DNA of 64,000 nucleotides, from assembly GCA_008369845.1 (NCBI GenBank), contig MRSU01003133.1, positions 1-64,000 of the forward strand, written 5' to 3'. Under the pieces are notes generated by a model, which did no database searches, was not told the origin of the DNA, and saw only the letters and a program-made list of their open reading frames with translations. Positions within the stretch are counted from its first letter, which is position 1. Each line of letters opens with the position of its first letter. Origin of the DNA: Trichomonas gallinae (taxonomy: Eukaryota). Of the stretch, positions 11,231-22,916 are shown one piece after another. The position numbers were made by a program, and so were the translations under genes.

Positions 11231-14200
11231 ATGTTTCCTAATATAGAAGAACTGCCCAAATCGATTATAAGCACCGTAACAGCAACACCCAAGTTCTTAA
11301 ACATCCCTCCTGAGAGCATTTCGGTTTGCTTGACGCTCGGGCAAGTTTATCTTCCAACAGAAAAGATTATTAGGAAGACTAGAAACCAGGAAGTGATAGA
11401 TTTATCGTCTATAGTAAAATTCCCGCCGTTTGTCCAATATGACAAGCTAATTCATCCGCAGGCTTTATTGAGAATTGAAGGAATCATCGAAGTTTTACAG
11501 AATGATGAAGAATTATCGCGCTCTTTTTATACAACATGCGATGCTGTATACGCCGAAATCATCAAAAACGCTCGAAAACTCGATATTTTGACAGCTTTTA
11601 TCGTAATCTTTAATTCAATCTCAAAACGATTCGATTTAGCGCCTCCTAAAGCTTTTATTACATCTCCTGTAATTTTTCCATACTGGGTAACAAATTATGA
11701 CAATTTTGATGAAGAATTTTACGAACAAATCAATACAATTCGAAATTTATGCATTAATCTTATGCTATATCGCGGTGTTGAAGATTTTATTCAGATTTTA
11801 CAGACAAATTTCCAACATCCTTTAATTTTCGCAGAAATACTTCATAGAATGATTAATATTCAATCGAAAATAAATTTAAGTGACTATGGAATAGAGCCTT
11901 TAATACAATCTATTATGCAAGCAATGATATTTTATCAATCATTCGATCAATTAACTAAAGAAGAATCGAAAGTCGTAAATGAAGCAAAGATTACTCTTAT
12001 TCGCTTCGTTAATAACTATTTACTCCAAGATGATCTTTTAGATCAAATTTTTCATAATCATATATTTATTACTTCTTTTCTTGGAATGCTTTACGACTTA
12101 ACCACACAAGGATTATGCATAGCACATTTGAATAGATATATAAGTATGAAACAATCAGTTGATAATATTGAATTTTTAGAAAAAATTTATCAAATTGCTA
12201 TTTATACACTAGAAAATTGTGGTGATCCTGATGTTATACAGCTAGGATGCATCATTTTTGAATTCATTTGTACAATTTTAACACTTTATCCATCAAAACA
12301 GAGTCTATTCGAGCCATTGTTTGAAGATATCAAGATTCACATCGTTAATATCACACAATCAGAGCATTCAAGGACATACATACATAATATTATTACTTTT
12401 TATTCGATTTCAGATGAGCATCATTTTTCAAATCCAGAATTACTCTCAATTCAGATAGCAATCAAGAGTATATACGGCACAGATATTCCACGCACAATAT
12501 TTTTGAAAATATTACAAATAATTTCGAGTTCACATATATCTGTTTTAACATCACAGTTTGAAATTAAAGAAGGAAAAGCCCTTAAGTTGCTTGTTGCTAT
12601 ACATGAAAATTCTCCGCAGTTTGAGTTCGCTTTTAACTATGCTTGCGAATTAATTAATTTTTCACCTAAAAATGCTCAAATGGCGCATAAAGGTGAACTA
12701 GACATATATCTAATAGATTTTATATATGGATTGAGAAACGAAAAGAGGACTCCTGAGTTAGAAGCAACTGTTTACAAAATTTTTGAATTATTAATTATAA
12801 TCTTTTCGCAAATCAGCTCAGCTGCTGTCGCAAGGTACTTCATTAGACTTGTCTGCCCTAATGATGGAAGAACTCTTCCATTTTATCATTTCAAAGCTGT
12901 AGAAATGATGCAGACAGTTTTAGCAAACTCAAAATACAGACCTACACTCTATCTGCCACTGATAGAAAATATATATTTTGACATTGACGGTTTTAGTCCA
13001 AATAACCTAAATAAGCCATTCACACTCGCCTTCTGGCTGTATATTAATGAAATCGATTACAAATACACTGCACAAATATTTTATATGGTTGATGACAAAG
13101 ATGGAAGATTTGGAGTTTTCTGTTCTGGCGACAAAATTCTTATTTCTATGATGAAAGGTAGTTCTGAACACACAGCGAAGCCGACATATGGATTGGCACT
13201 GCAAAAGTGGAATTTCGTTGTCATACAAATCAGCAATGAAGAGAGAAGTGATAAATACACATGTTTCGTTTCAGTAAATGGAGGTGACAGTCAATTCTTT
13301 TTCTTCCCGAAAGTCGTCTACGAACAGAATAATGCAAAACTCGCTAAAATTGGCGGCTTGACATTAGACAGCACACAAATCAATTCATGCAGCTTTTTAG
13401 GCCCGATATCATTTTATCCGTCTGTTCTATCAAAGGAACAAATTTTGCAATTATATGACAGGAAGTGTACAATCGTACCTCCATCAAAAACATCAGCTCT
13501 TTTCTATCTTTCGCCTATAGAAAAAGACGATGAAGTCACATTAATTAATCAGATAAATAACAACATAACTGTTTGCAATATATCTTACCAATACAACAGA
13601 GTTTTCAACTTTGCTGAAGTGTTGGTTAATCACTGCGGTGTTGACGTTTTGCTGCCTTTATTCGCTCAATGGGATCTACCTGATACAGATGGAATTATCA
13701 ATGAAAGTTATCCAGGAAGAACAGTTGAAGTTTTAGAGAGCGCATTGTTAATGAGTGCATTCGCTCAAAAAGCATTTGCTGAAAATGAAGGTTTTAAGAT
13801 TATATCGCATTTGATTATCAATTCAGGAAAAGATCATATCAGTTATAGCCTTTATATGATGTTCTATCAGATTTTCAATAACTTGAACATTCTTCAAGCG
13901 AAAGAATCGATTTTCAGAGAAATTTTATTGAATGATGAAATCTGGATAAACGCTGAAGCATTAGATCACACGAGAATAACAAGACATTGGTGCAGATCAT
14001 TGTGCACACCAAATATTTTCACTGTTTCGTTCTTGGATTTTGGAATTCTTTTGTCAATTTTAAGGCTGTATTATTGGTATGAAGATGATAGAAACACTTA
14101 TCATATTGTTCACGATGACAGATGCAAAGGACAAAAACTGAATGTTGAAGAATGTAGAAAGAATATTTTGACATTAGCACATTACGCGTCAAGTCTCAAG

Positions 14201-17200
14201 TTCACCGAATCAGATTTCGCTGTTTTAATGAGCCATGTTTTAACTGCTTCATCTCCGAATCAAGCCATTGATTTACTGGTTTTCATAAGAGAACTGATAA
14301 ATGATGGAACACTCAAAAAACTGAACAAGACAACGATTTTGTTATTGATACAATATTTGTTTAACACTGATTCAGAGAATATTGCCGTTTTACTTATTTC
14401 TACATTAATTGATGCACACAAAGCTGGAATTGTTCATGAGGTTTCTCTCGAAAACAATCTCGATATAATCATGCACCAACTTTCAGCGAATTTCATCAAC
14501 GAATCAAACTTAGAAGTTTTCATTGCAATGTGCAGAATAACTCCTGAATTATTTACTATTTGCACATGGATGGCTGTTAATATTGGCGAAGAAGGAATCA
14601 ATAATGTCATCAAAATGTTACCACCAAAGAAAGAATACAAGAAATTAATCAATTGGTCAGTCTTCTTAATTCACAGTTTATTCGAATCGAAATATGCTAA
14701 TAGAAAGAAAGTTATTGATTATTTATTGGCAATCGCAGCTGATGAAGTTTTAACATTGGTTTCTATGATTGATATAATTGGAAGAACATTTGTCAACAAC
14801 CAAGATGATTGCGATGATATAATTCACGATGTAATTTTCGCTGCTGGAATTTTAGTTCACAATTCACCAAATATTATAAGTTTCCATGATTACACTAATT
14901 TATTAGTTCACTTTTTGTTCTTCAGGCCTGTTACAGATGAGAAAAATACAACATTCTACAAAATCTTCAATAATTCGATTTTCTCATCCAAGCCAAAGAA
15001 GGCGAGAAGAGGTTTCCCAGACCTAGGAGTCGGAACACCGCCTAGAGTCAGATCTTCACCAAGGAAATCTCCTAGGAGAGGCCGCCACTGCATTAGAAGA
15101 ACAAGCGTGATAAAATTTGTCGAAGAATTAGAAAACTACAGCCCTCAACTCGCTCTTAAAGCTATGTCTAAGCTCAAATTACTGAAGAATATGCAGACAA
15201 GAAGATATTCGCTTTTCCAAAAGAAGATGTCATCAGTCCAATTTTCACCATCTGCAATTCGCCAGGAAATCAAGCATGGCTTCGAAGAAATCCACGAAGA
15301 GATTAAACTGAATGAAGAACGAGCTGAATTATTGAACATGATGCCATACGAGACAGACAAGAAGATTGCTATGGTCGGAGAAACAGATTATATGTACAGA
15401 TTCGGATTCAGAATGGAAGTAGATCAGAGCTGGGCTGATTTAGATTTGGCTCTTCAGTTCATTACAATGTTCGTGACAAATCCAATTCCTGAATTCACAG
15501 AGATTGCTATAATCATTTCAGGTTTTCTCGCGAGAAATGGCAGTAATGTTACTGATTCTGTAATGGAGTCAATGAAGAATGACCAAAAGTCAATCTATTC
15601 ATCAGCAATTTCATTCATGGCTATGATGGGAGAAGTCGCTAAAGATGAAAAGAATCACGAAGCTAAAGCAATTAAACAGAAAATTTGTTTCGACTTCATT
15701 CAGCAGATTCCTAATAAACTTCGCGACAGAATGCTTGATGCTGCACCTCTAAGAATCCTTAAAGCATTATTAAAAGAACAATCACAGAATTCTAAAATGG
15801 CTTTCCAAATATTTGCTACAATTTCAGACGAATTAGTTGCTATGGCGAATAATAAAGTCAATGACGATGAAGACTTAATTCATTCTAATATAATTGCAAA
15901 CAAAAAGTTCTGGCAGAAGACATGGCACGTTTTAACACTCGAAGATTCTCCATGGAACCCATCAATACCAGCTGCCCTCAAACATGTTCAACATTACAAA
16001 CGTGACAATGTACTATCAGCTTCGGGAATTCCTGTTACATTGAAGATCAACAACAAGTTTGACGATCACACATTGGCAGCATTGATGAGAGACAAAGGCA
16101 GCTGGTGGACAGCAGAAGAAGCATTTGAAGCTGAGAAATCAAAGCTGAGAGAAATATACGAAAAAGACAGACCAGCTCCTTTATTCGAAATCGGCGAAAT
16201 TGATCACAACGATATAGGAATCGAGCCAAGCATCAAAACTAAAGGTGCTGACATTGACAATGAAAGATGCTTAGTTGAATTGCCATGTGAAGTTATTTCA
16301 CCACAAAAAACACTCAACGCGAAGTTTGCATTGTTCCCTGAGCAAATCTTCATCAACTACGACTCAGGAAAAGTCAAAGTCATCAAATCAGCAAATATTC
16401 ATGCAATCTTCTTCAGAACTAGACTCCATCATCCGACAGCAATAGAAATATTCCTTGTAAATGGAATTTCATATTTATTCAATTTCCCAAACTTCAACTC
16501 ACTTACAATTCTTAAACAATTCGATTATGTCAGGATGCCACAAGCCAGATACATCCAGAAAATGGGCTTCAGGAACTTCTTCTCGACAACTGATGTCACT
16601 GATAAATGGATAAATGGAAAAATTACAAACTTCGAGTATTTAATAAAACTCAACATGTTTTCAGGCAGATCATTCAACGATGTATCAATGTATCCGATTA
16701 TTCCTTGGGTCATCGCCGACTATAAGTCATTATTCTTGGACCTGAACGATCCAAAGTCTTTCAGAGATTTGTCAAAACCAATCGGAGCATTAAACGAAAA
16801 AAGACTCAACATGCTTAAGTCCAAGCTTGATGCGCTGAGAATGGCAGGAATTGCAGAACCATTTATTTATTCTTCAACATACAACTGTCCATTATCCATC
16901 TTCTTGTATTTGATTCGTTTAGAGCCATTCACGACACTGCATATCCAAATGCAATCAGGCAGATTTGATCTTCCGACAAGATTATTCACTTCCATACAAT
17001 CATTATGGGAGTCTTCAACAAATAATGGAAACGATTATAGAGAACTGACACCAGAATTTTTCTCTTCACCTGAATTTCTGGTCAATTCCAACAATCTTCC
17101 ACTTGGCATTTCTGAAAATAACAATGTCGATTTGCCAAAATGGGCATCAAGTCCATTCGACTTCGTTTACAAGAATCGTAAAGCTTTGGAAAGTGATTAC

Positions 17201-18553
17201 GTTTCATCGAATCTTCACAAATGGATTGATTTAGTTTGGGGACATAAGCAGCGCTCTTACAATGACGACAATGTCTACATGCGCGAAATGTATTCCGACA
17301 TTTGGTCACACGTTGATCAAAACAATCCATCAAAACGCGCAGAAATTGAAGCAGTCTTATCTCACGTCGGCCAAGTTCCACCAATGCTGTTTACAACGCC
17401 ACATCCTGAGCGTCTTGTTACTCAAACGAAACAATCACAACTGATGAAGAATGTGTCCGTAAACATGGCAGTGACTAATCTCGTTATTGCATCAATTATG
17501 CTGACGTCATCACCGACAAAATACAGACTTACATTAATTGATGAAGGAGGGGTTTCTACAATTGGCTTATTCGATGCAACATGCTTGAACAAGCAAATAC
17601 AATCGGCTATGTCGAAGAACATAAATCAGACTGTCATACGTGGAAGAAGTATTTCTACGAATATTCTTGGAAAGAACGCTCCAGCAAGTCTCAAGAAGAA
17701 TATGACAAGAGCAAGAAAGGATTCAGCTGACAAAGGTTACCTTGTCATTGATATTCACATCTCTCAGCTGACTTCTGTCAGGACAAAGACAGTTAAAGGA
17801 TTCAGAAGTGCTGAGAAGTTCTTGTACACTGAAACATCAGATGGAACTCTTTATTATTCGGAAGAAAACAAATGCGAAATAATCAAAGCATTCCCACATG
17901 TTTCGATTTTCACGAGACAAAGATCTCCAATTACATCACTTTCATCTGATATGAACTATTTGATCACTTCCAACTCAGACAATGTCATTTCTGTTTACCA
18001 CACCCCATCTGGTCCAACACCAATATTCACAGTTCCATCTTTCTCATCGAAAGTCAAGTCCTGCTGCCTATCATCAGATTTCAGACAGTTTGTTTATGGA
18101 ACGAAGAATGGACGATTAACAATTGGCTCTCTCATTACAGGCAACGTGACACGTATTGTCGAACTTGGTGCACATAGACCCAGCTCTATTATGATTACTC
18201 CTGGCTGGGGCTTCATTGTGATTTATTCGACTGATTTGTCTCGCGGATATTTGCGTCACTTCATTGAAATTTTCTCGATTAACGGCGATAAAATCAAGGA
18301 GGCTGAGATTGGAAGCAAGGTTCAGTGCTGGACAAGCTACAAGGACTCACGTGGATTTGATTATGTTGTAATGGCAACAGAATCTGGTGACATTTACCAC
18401 TTTGAAGCATTTTACGCTGATATTAGCAAAAGAATCTTTGCTATCGACGCTCAAATCATCTCTATCCAGTATTTCAATGACGATGGCGTTGTTTGTGCGG
18501 TTATTGAAGATGGTCGTATGTTATTTATACCATCTATCAAATCTGATAACTAA
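11231..18553 (+). CDS. Beige/BEACH-domain protein (ConA-like, PH, BEACH, WD40)
   Basis: 2440 aa; FTLAFWLYI ConA-like region; KWINGKITNFEYLIKLNMFSGRSFNDVSMYPIIPW ... RELTPEFF ... RKALESDYVSSNLHKWIDLVWG ... GQVPPMLFTTPHP; Inr tcatttt about 15 nt upstream. Confidence 0.95.
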   Translation: MFPNIEELPKSIISTVTATPKFLNIPPESISVCLTLGQVYLPTEKIIRKTRNQEVIDLSSIVKFPPFVQYDKLIHPQALLRIEGIIEVLQNDEELSRSFYTTCDAVYAEIIKNARKLDILTAFIVIFNSISKRFDLAPPKAFITSPVIFPYWVTNYDNFDEEFYEQINTIRNLCINLMLYRGVEDFIQILQTNFQHPLIFAEILHRMINIQSKINLSDYGIEPLIQSIMQAMIFYQSFDQLTKEESKVVNEAKITLIRFVNNYLLQDDLLDQIFHNHIFITSFLGMLYDLTTQGLCIAHLNRYISMKQSVDNIEFLEKIYQIAIYTLENCGDPDVIQLGCIIFEFICTILTLYPSKQSLFEPLFEDIKIHIVNITQSEHSRTYIHNIITFYSISDEHHFSNPELLSIQIAIKSIYGTDIPRTIFLKILQIISSSHISVLTSQFEIKEGKALKLLVAIHENSPQFEFAFNYACELINFSPKNAQMAHKGELDIYLIDFIYGLRNEKRTPELEATVYKIFELLIIIFSQISSAAVARYFIRLVCPNDGRTLPFYHFKAVEMMQTVLANSKYRPTLYLPLIENIYFDIDGFSPNNLNKPFTLAFWLYINEIDYKYTAQIFYMVDDKDGRFGVFCSGDKILISMMKGSSEHTAKPTYGLALQKWNFVVIQISNEERSDKYTCFVSVNGGDSQFFFFPKVVYEQNNAKLAKIGGLTLDSTQINSCSFLGPISFYPSVLSKEQILQLYDRKCTIVPPSKTSALFYLSPIEKDDEVTLINQINNNITVCNISYQYNRVFNFAEVLVNHCGVDVLLPLFAQWDLPDTDGIINESYPGRTVEVLESALLMSAFAQKAFAENEGFKIISHLIINSGKDHISYSLYMMFYQIFNNLNILQAKESIFREILLNDEIWINAEALDHTRITRHWCRSLCTPNIFTVSFLDFGILLSILRLYYWYEDDRNTYHIVHDDRCKGQKLNVEECRKNILTLAHYASSLKFTESDFAVLMSHVLTASSPNQAIDLLVFIRELINDGTLKKLNKTTILLLIQYLFNTDSENIAVLLISTLIDAHKAGIVHEVSLENNLDIIMHQLSANFINESNLEVFIAMCRITPELFTICTWMAVNIGEEGINNVIKMLPPKKEYKKLINWSVFLIHSLFESKYANRKKVIDYLLAIAADEVLTLVSMIDIIGRTFVNNQDDCDDIIHDVIFAAGILVHNSPNIISFHDYTNLLVHFLFFRPVTDEKNTTFYKIFNNSIFSSKPKKARRGFPDLGVGTPPRVRSSPRKSPRRGRHCIRRTSVIKFVEELENYSPQLALKAMSKLKLLKNMQTRRYSLFQKKMSSVQFSPSAIRQEIKHGFEEIHEEIKLNEERAELLNMMPYETDKKIAMVGETDYMYRFGFRMEVDQSWADLDLALQFITMFVTNPIPEFTEIAIIISGFLARNGSNVTDSVMESMKNDQKSIYSSAISFMAMMGEVAKDEKNHEAKAIKQKICFDFIQQIPNKLRDRMLDAAPLRILKALLKEQSQNSKMAFQIFATISDELVAMANNKVNDDEDLIHSNIIANKKFWQKTWHVLTLEDSPWNPSIPAALKHVQHYKRDNVLSASGIPVTLKINNKFDDHTLAALMRDKGSWWTAEEAFEAEKSKLREIYEKDRPAPLFEIGEIDHNDIGIEPSIKTKGADIDNERCLVELPCEVISPQKTLNAKFALFPEQIFINYDSGKVKVIKSANIHAIFFRTRLHHPTAIEIFLVNGISYLFNFPNFNSLTILKQFDYVRMPQARYIQKMGFRNFFSTTDVTDKWINGKITNFEYLIKLNMFSGRSFNDVSMYPIIPWVIADYKSLFLDLNDPKSFRDLSKPIGALNEKRLNMLKSKLDALRMAGIAEPFIYSSTYNCPLSIFLYLIRLEPFTTLHIQMQSGRFDLPTRLFTSIQSLWESSTNNGNDYRELTPEFFSSPEFLVNSNNLPLGISENNNVDLPKWASSPFDFVYKNRKALESDYVSSNLHKWIDLVWGHKQRSYNDDNVYMREMYSDIWSHVDQNNPSKRAEIEAVLSHVGQVPPMLFTTPHPERLVTQTKQSQLMKNVSVNMAVTNLVIASIMLTSSPTKYRLTLIDEGGVSTIGLFDATCLNKQIQSAMSKNINQTVIRGRSISTNILGKNAPASLKKNMTRARKDSADKGYLVIDIHISQLTSVRTKTVKGFRSAEKFLYTETSDGTLYYSEENKCEIIKAFPHVSIFTRQRSPITSLSSDMNYLITSNSDNVISVYHTPSGPTPIFTVPSFSSKVKSCCLSSDFRQFVYGTKNGRLTIGSLITGNVTRIVELGAHRPSSIMITPGWGFIVIYSTDLSRGYLRHFIEIFSINGDKIKEAEIGSKVQCWTSYKDSRGFDYVVMATESGDIYHFEAFYADISKRIFAIDAQIISIQYFNDDGVVCAVIEDGRMLFIPSIKSDN

Positions 18554-18743
18554 TTTTTTCCCCTATATTTTTGTAATAAAAACTTTAGATTTATTATTCA
18601 ATCCTATATATTATATTTTATCTAATGAAATACGCTCATAAAATACATACAACCTATTCTCATATGAATATAACTTCCTTTATATTAGAATTTCATTATA
18701 TTTTTTAAATGTTTGCTTATAAGCATGTTTGGTATAAATTGCA

Positions 18744-19370
18744 TTATTGATTATTCGCATAGATTCTGATAGCTTGGAATTTTTTAATCACATAACATTC
18801 TTCAAATGCAAACTCATCGTTTTCAGTCATATTAGAAATATTGACGTACTCTAATGCATTACTGTTTGAAAATGCGAACCCATGTAGATGTTCGATATTA
18901 GGGATTGAAATACTTTGAAGCTTTATGCATAAAGAAAAACTGAAACTTTCAATTCTAATAGCAGATGATTGAGGAAATTTTATATGTTTCAAATTTGAAC
19001 AAAATTCAAATGCTTTTTGCCTAATTAACGTTAATGATTCTGGAAACTCAACACTTTCTATAAAAGTACAATTTTAAAAGCAGCAATCAAGGATGGCTTC
19101 ATATCCTTCTTTCATTATTAAATGTTCGCTTATTACTCGATTTTGGTTCCAGAAGTAATAATTTTTATCACTTTTACTGAATAGAACTCCATCTTCCTCA
19201 TAATAGTACTCATTTCCACATTCAAACTCCCATGGTATCAATTGTGGATAATCAATTTTTTTCAATGTTTTTTGGAAAGAAAATTGCTGAAGAATTTTTT
19301 TAGATGAATAGCGACAAAAAAACTGAGAATTCATTCCTTTAATCATTGGAAACCATCTATTTAGACTCAT
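18744..19370 (-). pseudogene. BspA-like LRR pseudogene, 5'-truncated paralogue of 20071-21588
   Basis: EEDGVLFSKSDKNYYFWNQN..EGYEAILDCCF*NCTFIESVEFPES aligns with the paralogue's EENGILFNKNDKYYYFWNKN..DGYEKVLAYCFQNCTYLESVEIPDS; TAA at 19074-19076 where the paralogue has Gln; 3' part deleted or decayed. Confidence 0.85.
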
Positions 19371-19510
19371 TTTTATTGTACAAAATATCTAGCGCTGAAC
19401 TTATTGTACGGTGAATTTAAATTTAAAAAGCTTTTTTTCTTTCTGCCTTGTAAAAAAATACTTATTTTTTATTTGTCAAGAAAATACTAAATTTGTCATG
19501 TAAAATTACA

Positions 19511-20008
19511 ATGGATAAAAGCCATTTGCCTGTGTTTGGAATTGGTCCTGTATATGTTATTATTTGTATGATTATGACAATTCTTGGGCTTGTTTTGAGT
19601 AATTCGTCGTTATTAAGTCGTGGAAAACTGCACAATTTAATTCATCTTTCAAATATTATTGGTGTGATTCTTATTATTGCAGGAATTATATTATGGATAA
19701 ATGCAGTGATTGTTCAAAAAATAAGTGAAGAGATTAAAAAAGGAAAGTTAGTCAAGTCAGGAGTATATTCAATTGTGAGAAATCCCATTTATTCGGCTTT
19801 TTTGTTGGCTTTTACCGGAATTTTAATAATGGCACATAATTTATATCTTCTAATTCTTCCTCTCTTATATTATATATTATTAACATTAATTATGAAGCAT
19901 ACTGAGGAAAAATGGTTATTGAAAAAGTTTGGAAATCAATATGCTGAGTATTGCAACAAAGTAAATAGATGTATTCCATGGTTCCCTAGAAAATCTAGAT
20001 TTTTTTAA
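19511..20008 (+). CDS. Isoprenylcysteine carboxyl methyltransferase / PEMT-family membrane methyltransferase, bacterial-type
   Basis: Several TM helices; LVKSGVYSIVRNPIYSAF, EEKWLLKKFGNQYAEYC and VNRCIPW family motifs; first ATG at 19511. Confidence 0.85.
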   Translation: MDKSHLPVFGIGPVYVIICMIMTILGLVLSNSSLLSRGKLHNLIHLSNIIGVILIIAGIILWINAVIVQKISEEIKKGKLVKSGVYSIVRNPIYSAFLLAFTGILIMAHNLYLLILPLLYYILLTLIMKHTEEKWLLKKFGNQYAEYCNKVNRCIPWFPRKSRFF

Positions 20009-20070
20009 TTTTGATTATAAACAAATTTTATATCATTTTAAATGAACAAATATAATAAAACATTATTTCT

Positions 20071-21588
20071 TTATGCTAGATGTGAATTATAAAGAGACGC
20101 AGAAGCAGCAACAATCATATAGAGAGCTGATCGATAAACATCAAAATCATATGTTTCATCGACATCATTCCGTATATTATCAAAGTCATTTTCGCAGTCA
20201 AATAAGATTTTTGGAATATTATTGGAGATTAGTCTATCTATTGTTGTTTGATTGTTATTTTCAACGATGATGCACAATTTATCACAATTTTCAAATGAAA
20301 GTGGCTCAATCTGTTGGATGGTGTCAGGAATGTGAATTTCGAGTAAATTTGTACAGTTCATGAAAGCCCATATTTCAATGCTAACAACATTTTTCAGAAA
20401 AACTTTCTGGAGATTTTCCGAACAAGCAAATGCACCAATATCAATTCTATTACAATCTATTTCAATCTCTGTTTGATTAGTTTGAGGTGCATATTTCAAA
20501 ACATCAGGTTTAGCATTAAAATTTTTGAAGTAAATTGTATTATTGATTATTAGAAAATATTCTGATTCCATATCTACAAAATGCTTGATTTTATAACATT
20601 CCATAAATGGATTTTCAAAACTATTATAGTCTCCATCAATAGATATATTGACATATTCTAATGCTTCATTACCATAGAATGAAGTCGAATCAAAATAATT
20701 AATACTAGGAATTGTGATATTTTTGATGCTAATGCAATGCGCAAAACTGTTGTATCCTAATATAATACTTGAATTCTGCCGAAATGTTATGTTGACCAAA
20801 TTTAGACATGATGCGAATGCAAAATGACCAATATCAGTTATTGAATCAGGAATCTCAACACTCTCTAAATATGTGCAATTTTGAAAACAATATGCAAGGA
20901 CTTTCTCATACCCATCTTTCAATTTAAGATGACTATTAATTGGTTTGTTCTTATTCCAAAAATAATAGTATTTGTCATTTTTGTTGAACAGAATTCCATT
21001 TTCTTCTGTATAATTTTTGTTTCCATCTTCAAGTTCGAATTTTATTGGTATTTGTTGTTGAATTGTTTTTAATGATTTTGGTAAGAAGAGTTCTGAAACA
21101 TTTGTAAGAAGAAAAATAGATTCCTCCATTGTGTCAAGCTGAGAATCACGCAGAATATTAAAATATGTTAATTTGTGGCATTGATAAAATGCATATTCAC
21201 CAATTTTTGTCACAGTTGATGGTAAATCAACATTAAAAATTTCACCAAGACCTTCAAATGCATGATTTCCGATTTCTTTCAATCCATGTGGTAGAATAAT
21301 ATATTCAACTGAAGGCGAATATTGAAATGCTTCATCTGAAATGTTTTCAAGATATCTGCATTGTGAAAGGTTAATAAATTGGAGATTATGGCAACTACTA
21401 AAAGCGCTCTTACCTATAACTTTGAGTTGAGAGTCTGCTTGGAATGTGAAATTTTTGATATCGCTTCCATAAAAACATTGATCATCAATTTTAGTAACAT
21501 CGCTCTCGATCTCAATAGTTTCGCTGTTCATATCTATATCACTAGATGTAAGTACACGCTCCTGTATAAGAAATAATACAGAAAACAT
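20071..21588 (-). CDS. BspA-like (TpLRR) leucine-rich repeat surface protein
   Basis: Repeated IGxxAFxxCxxLxxIxLP units; short hydrophobic N-terminus from the ATG at 21588; hydrophobic C-terminal segment. Confidence 0.92.
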   Translation of the reverse strand: MFSVLFLIQERVLTSSDIDMNSETIEIESDVTKIDDQCFYGSDIKNFTFQADSQLKVIGKSAFSSCHNLQFINLSQCRYLENISDEAFQYSPSVEYIILPHGLKEIGNHAFEGLGEIFNVDLPSTVTKIGEYAFYQCHKLTYFNILRDSQLDTMEESIFLLTNVSELFLPKSLKTIQQQIPIKFELEDGNKNYTEENGILFNKNDKYYYFWNKNKPINSHLKLKDGYEKVLAYCFQNCTYLESVEIPDSITDIGHFAFASCLNLVNITFRQNSSIILGYNSFAHCISIKNITIPSINYFDSTSFYGNEALEYVNISIDGDYNSFENPFMECYKIKHFVDMESEYFLIINNTIYFKNFNAKPDVLKYAPQTNQTEIEIDCNRIDIGAFACSENLQKVFLKNVVSIEIWAFMNCTNLLEIHIPDTIQQIEPLSFENCDKLCIIVENNNQTTIDRLISNNIPKILFDCENDFDNIRNDVDETYDFDVYRSALYMIVAASASLYNSHLA

Positions 21589-22651
21589 GGGAAGGGGAAA
21601 ATATTGAAATAGAGACAAAAATATGTCAATTTTTTACAGTCTGTAATACAAATAAAGTAATCATATGGGATTGGGTAGAATGACTGCTTCACATAAAAAC
21701 CACTTTTGTAAATTTTTTTTTCAAATTTTTTGAAAGTGATTTTGAAAATTCAGTTACATATTAAAAAATTATTACATTAATATTATAATTATCTAATATA
21801 ATATTTTTTTTCAAGATCCATAAAACAGGATGCATATATATAATTATTACGATATTATATCTTACTCATTGTGTGGAACCGAATGCAATCACATTCAGCC
21901 AAAATAAACACAATTATTAATTGGGAAAATTAATTTAACTCTTAATCTCGATTTTGCTAATCTATAACGTTTTAATAATCTATGTCAAAGCATTATTAAA
22001 GCATATAAAGGGAAAAAAAAAAAGGAATCGACAATGATCATTTTTCAAGCTGAACTATACTAGGAAAAGAAAGATAACATAGTAGCATGACATTTTTATT
22101 ACTTTATGTTAAAAATTGGAACTGAAAGTAGCTCTTATTGAATGTTTTGGCTCGATATTATATTCAATGTAACATAACTTATGGATAAGAAGATTGTTAC
22201 TAAGATTTTAGCAATATTAGATTTCATTATCTTTTTGATATCAAAGCCAAAAAATTCTGCAGTTGTCTTTGTATCAAATGATCTACAACTGCAGAAAACA
22301 ATCATCATTGGTGATTTTCCAAATTATTACAATCAATTCTTCAATAATATCAAATTTTGAATTATTACCTGTATATTTGGATTCTATATCCATATCTTAT
22401 ATGATTTGCACTGTTTTTAATCTTTTTCTTGCAATGTTTTCGATTTTTTTTTCATTTCAAGATCCTACTGCAACAAGATAAAGACACTTTTCTATTTGTA
22501 TCATCCATATAGCATTGTACCTAAATAGAACCAAGTCTCTAGGTTAAATTTCGAAATTTCAAAGCAGATTTATCTCAAACTTTGGCAATAGACTATTTAA
22601 TGACAAGAAAACCTATTGCTGCAATTATAAAGGAATTGCAAATTATATAGA

Positions 22652-22760
22652 ATACGATTATTTTTCATTCAAATTTAAATGCAATTTAAAATGAAAATAA
22701 TCATATGCCTCATAATGATGGTTTTCGTACATTTATAGACTGCTTTCGCGCCCGTAAAAC
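22652..22760 (+). repeat. Diverged dispersed repeat, copy A (about 110 bp)
   Basis: Collinear with 44093-44200: atacgattatttt..., aaaatgaaaataatcata, cataat, acattt, gctttc[g/a]cgccc[g/a]t. Confidence 0.7.
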
Positions 22761-22916
22761 CTAACTTTTCATTTTTAACGAAATATTAACCATTATAATC
22801 TATAAGACAAATAAATCGTATTTTCAATTAGAAAACTCTTTTAATTCAAAAATAAAACCACTTTTTTATTGTTTTTGTTTTTTCAAGTTTTTCCTCTCAA
22901 TTTATTTTTATTTTTC

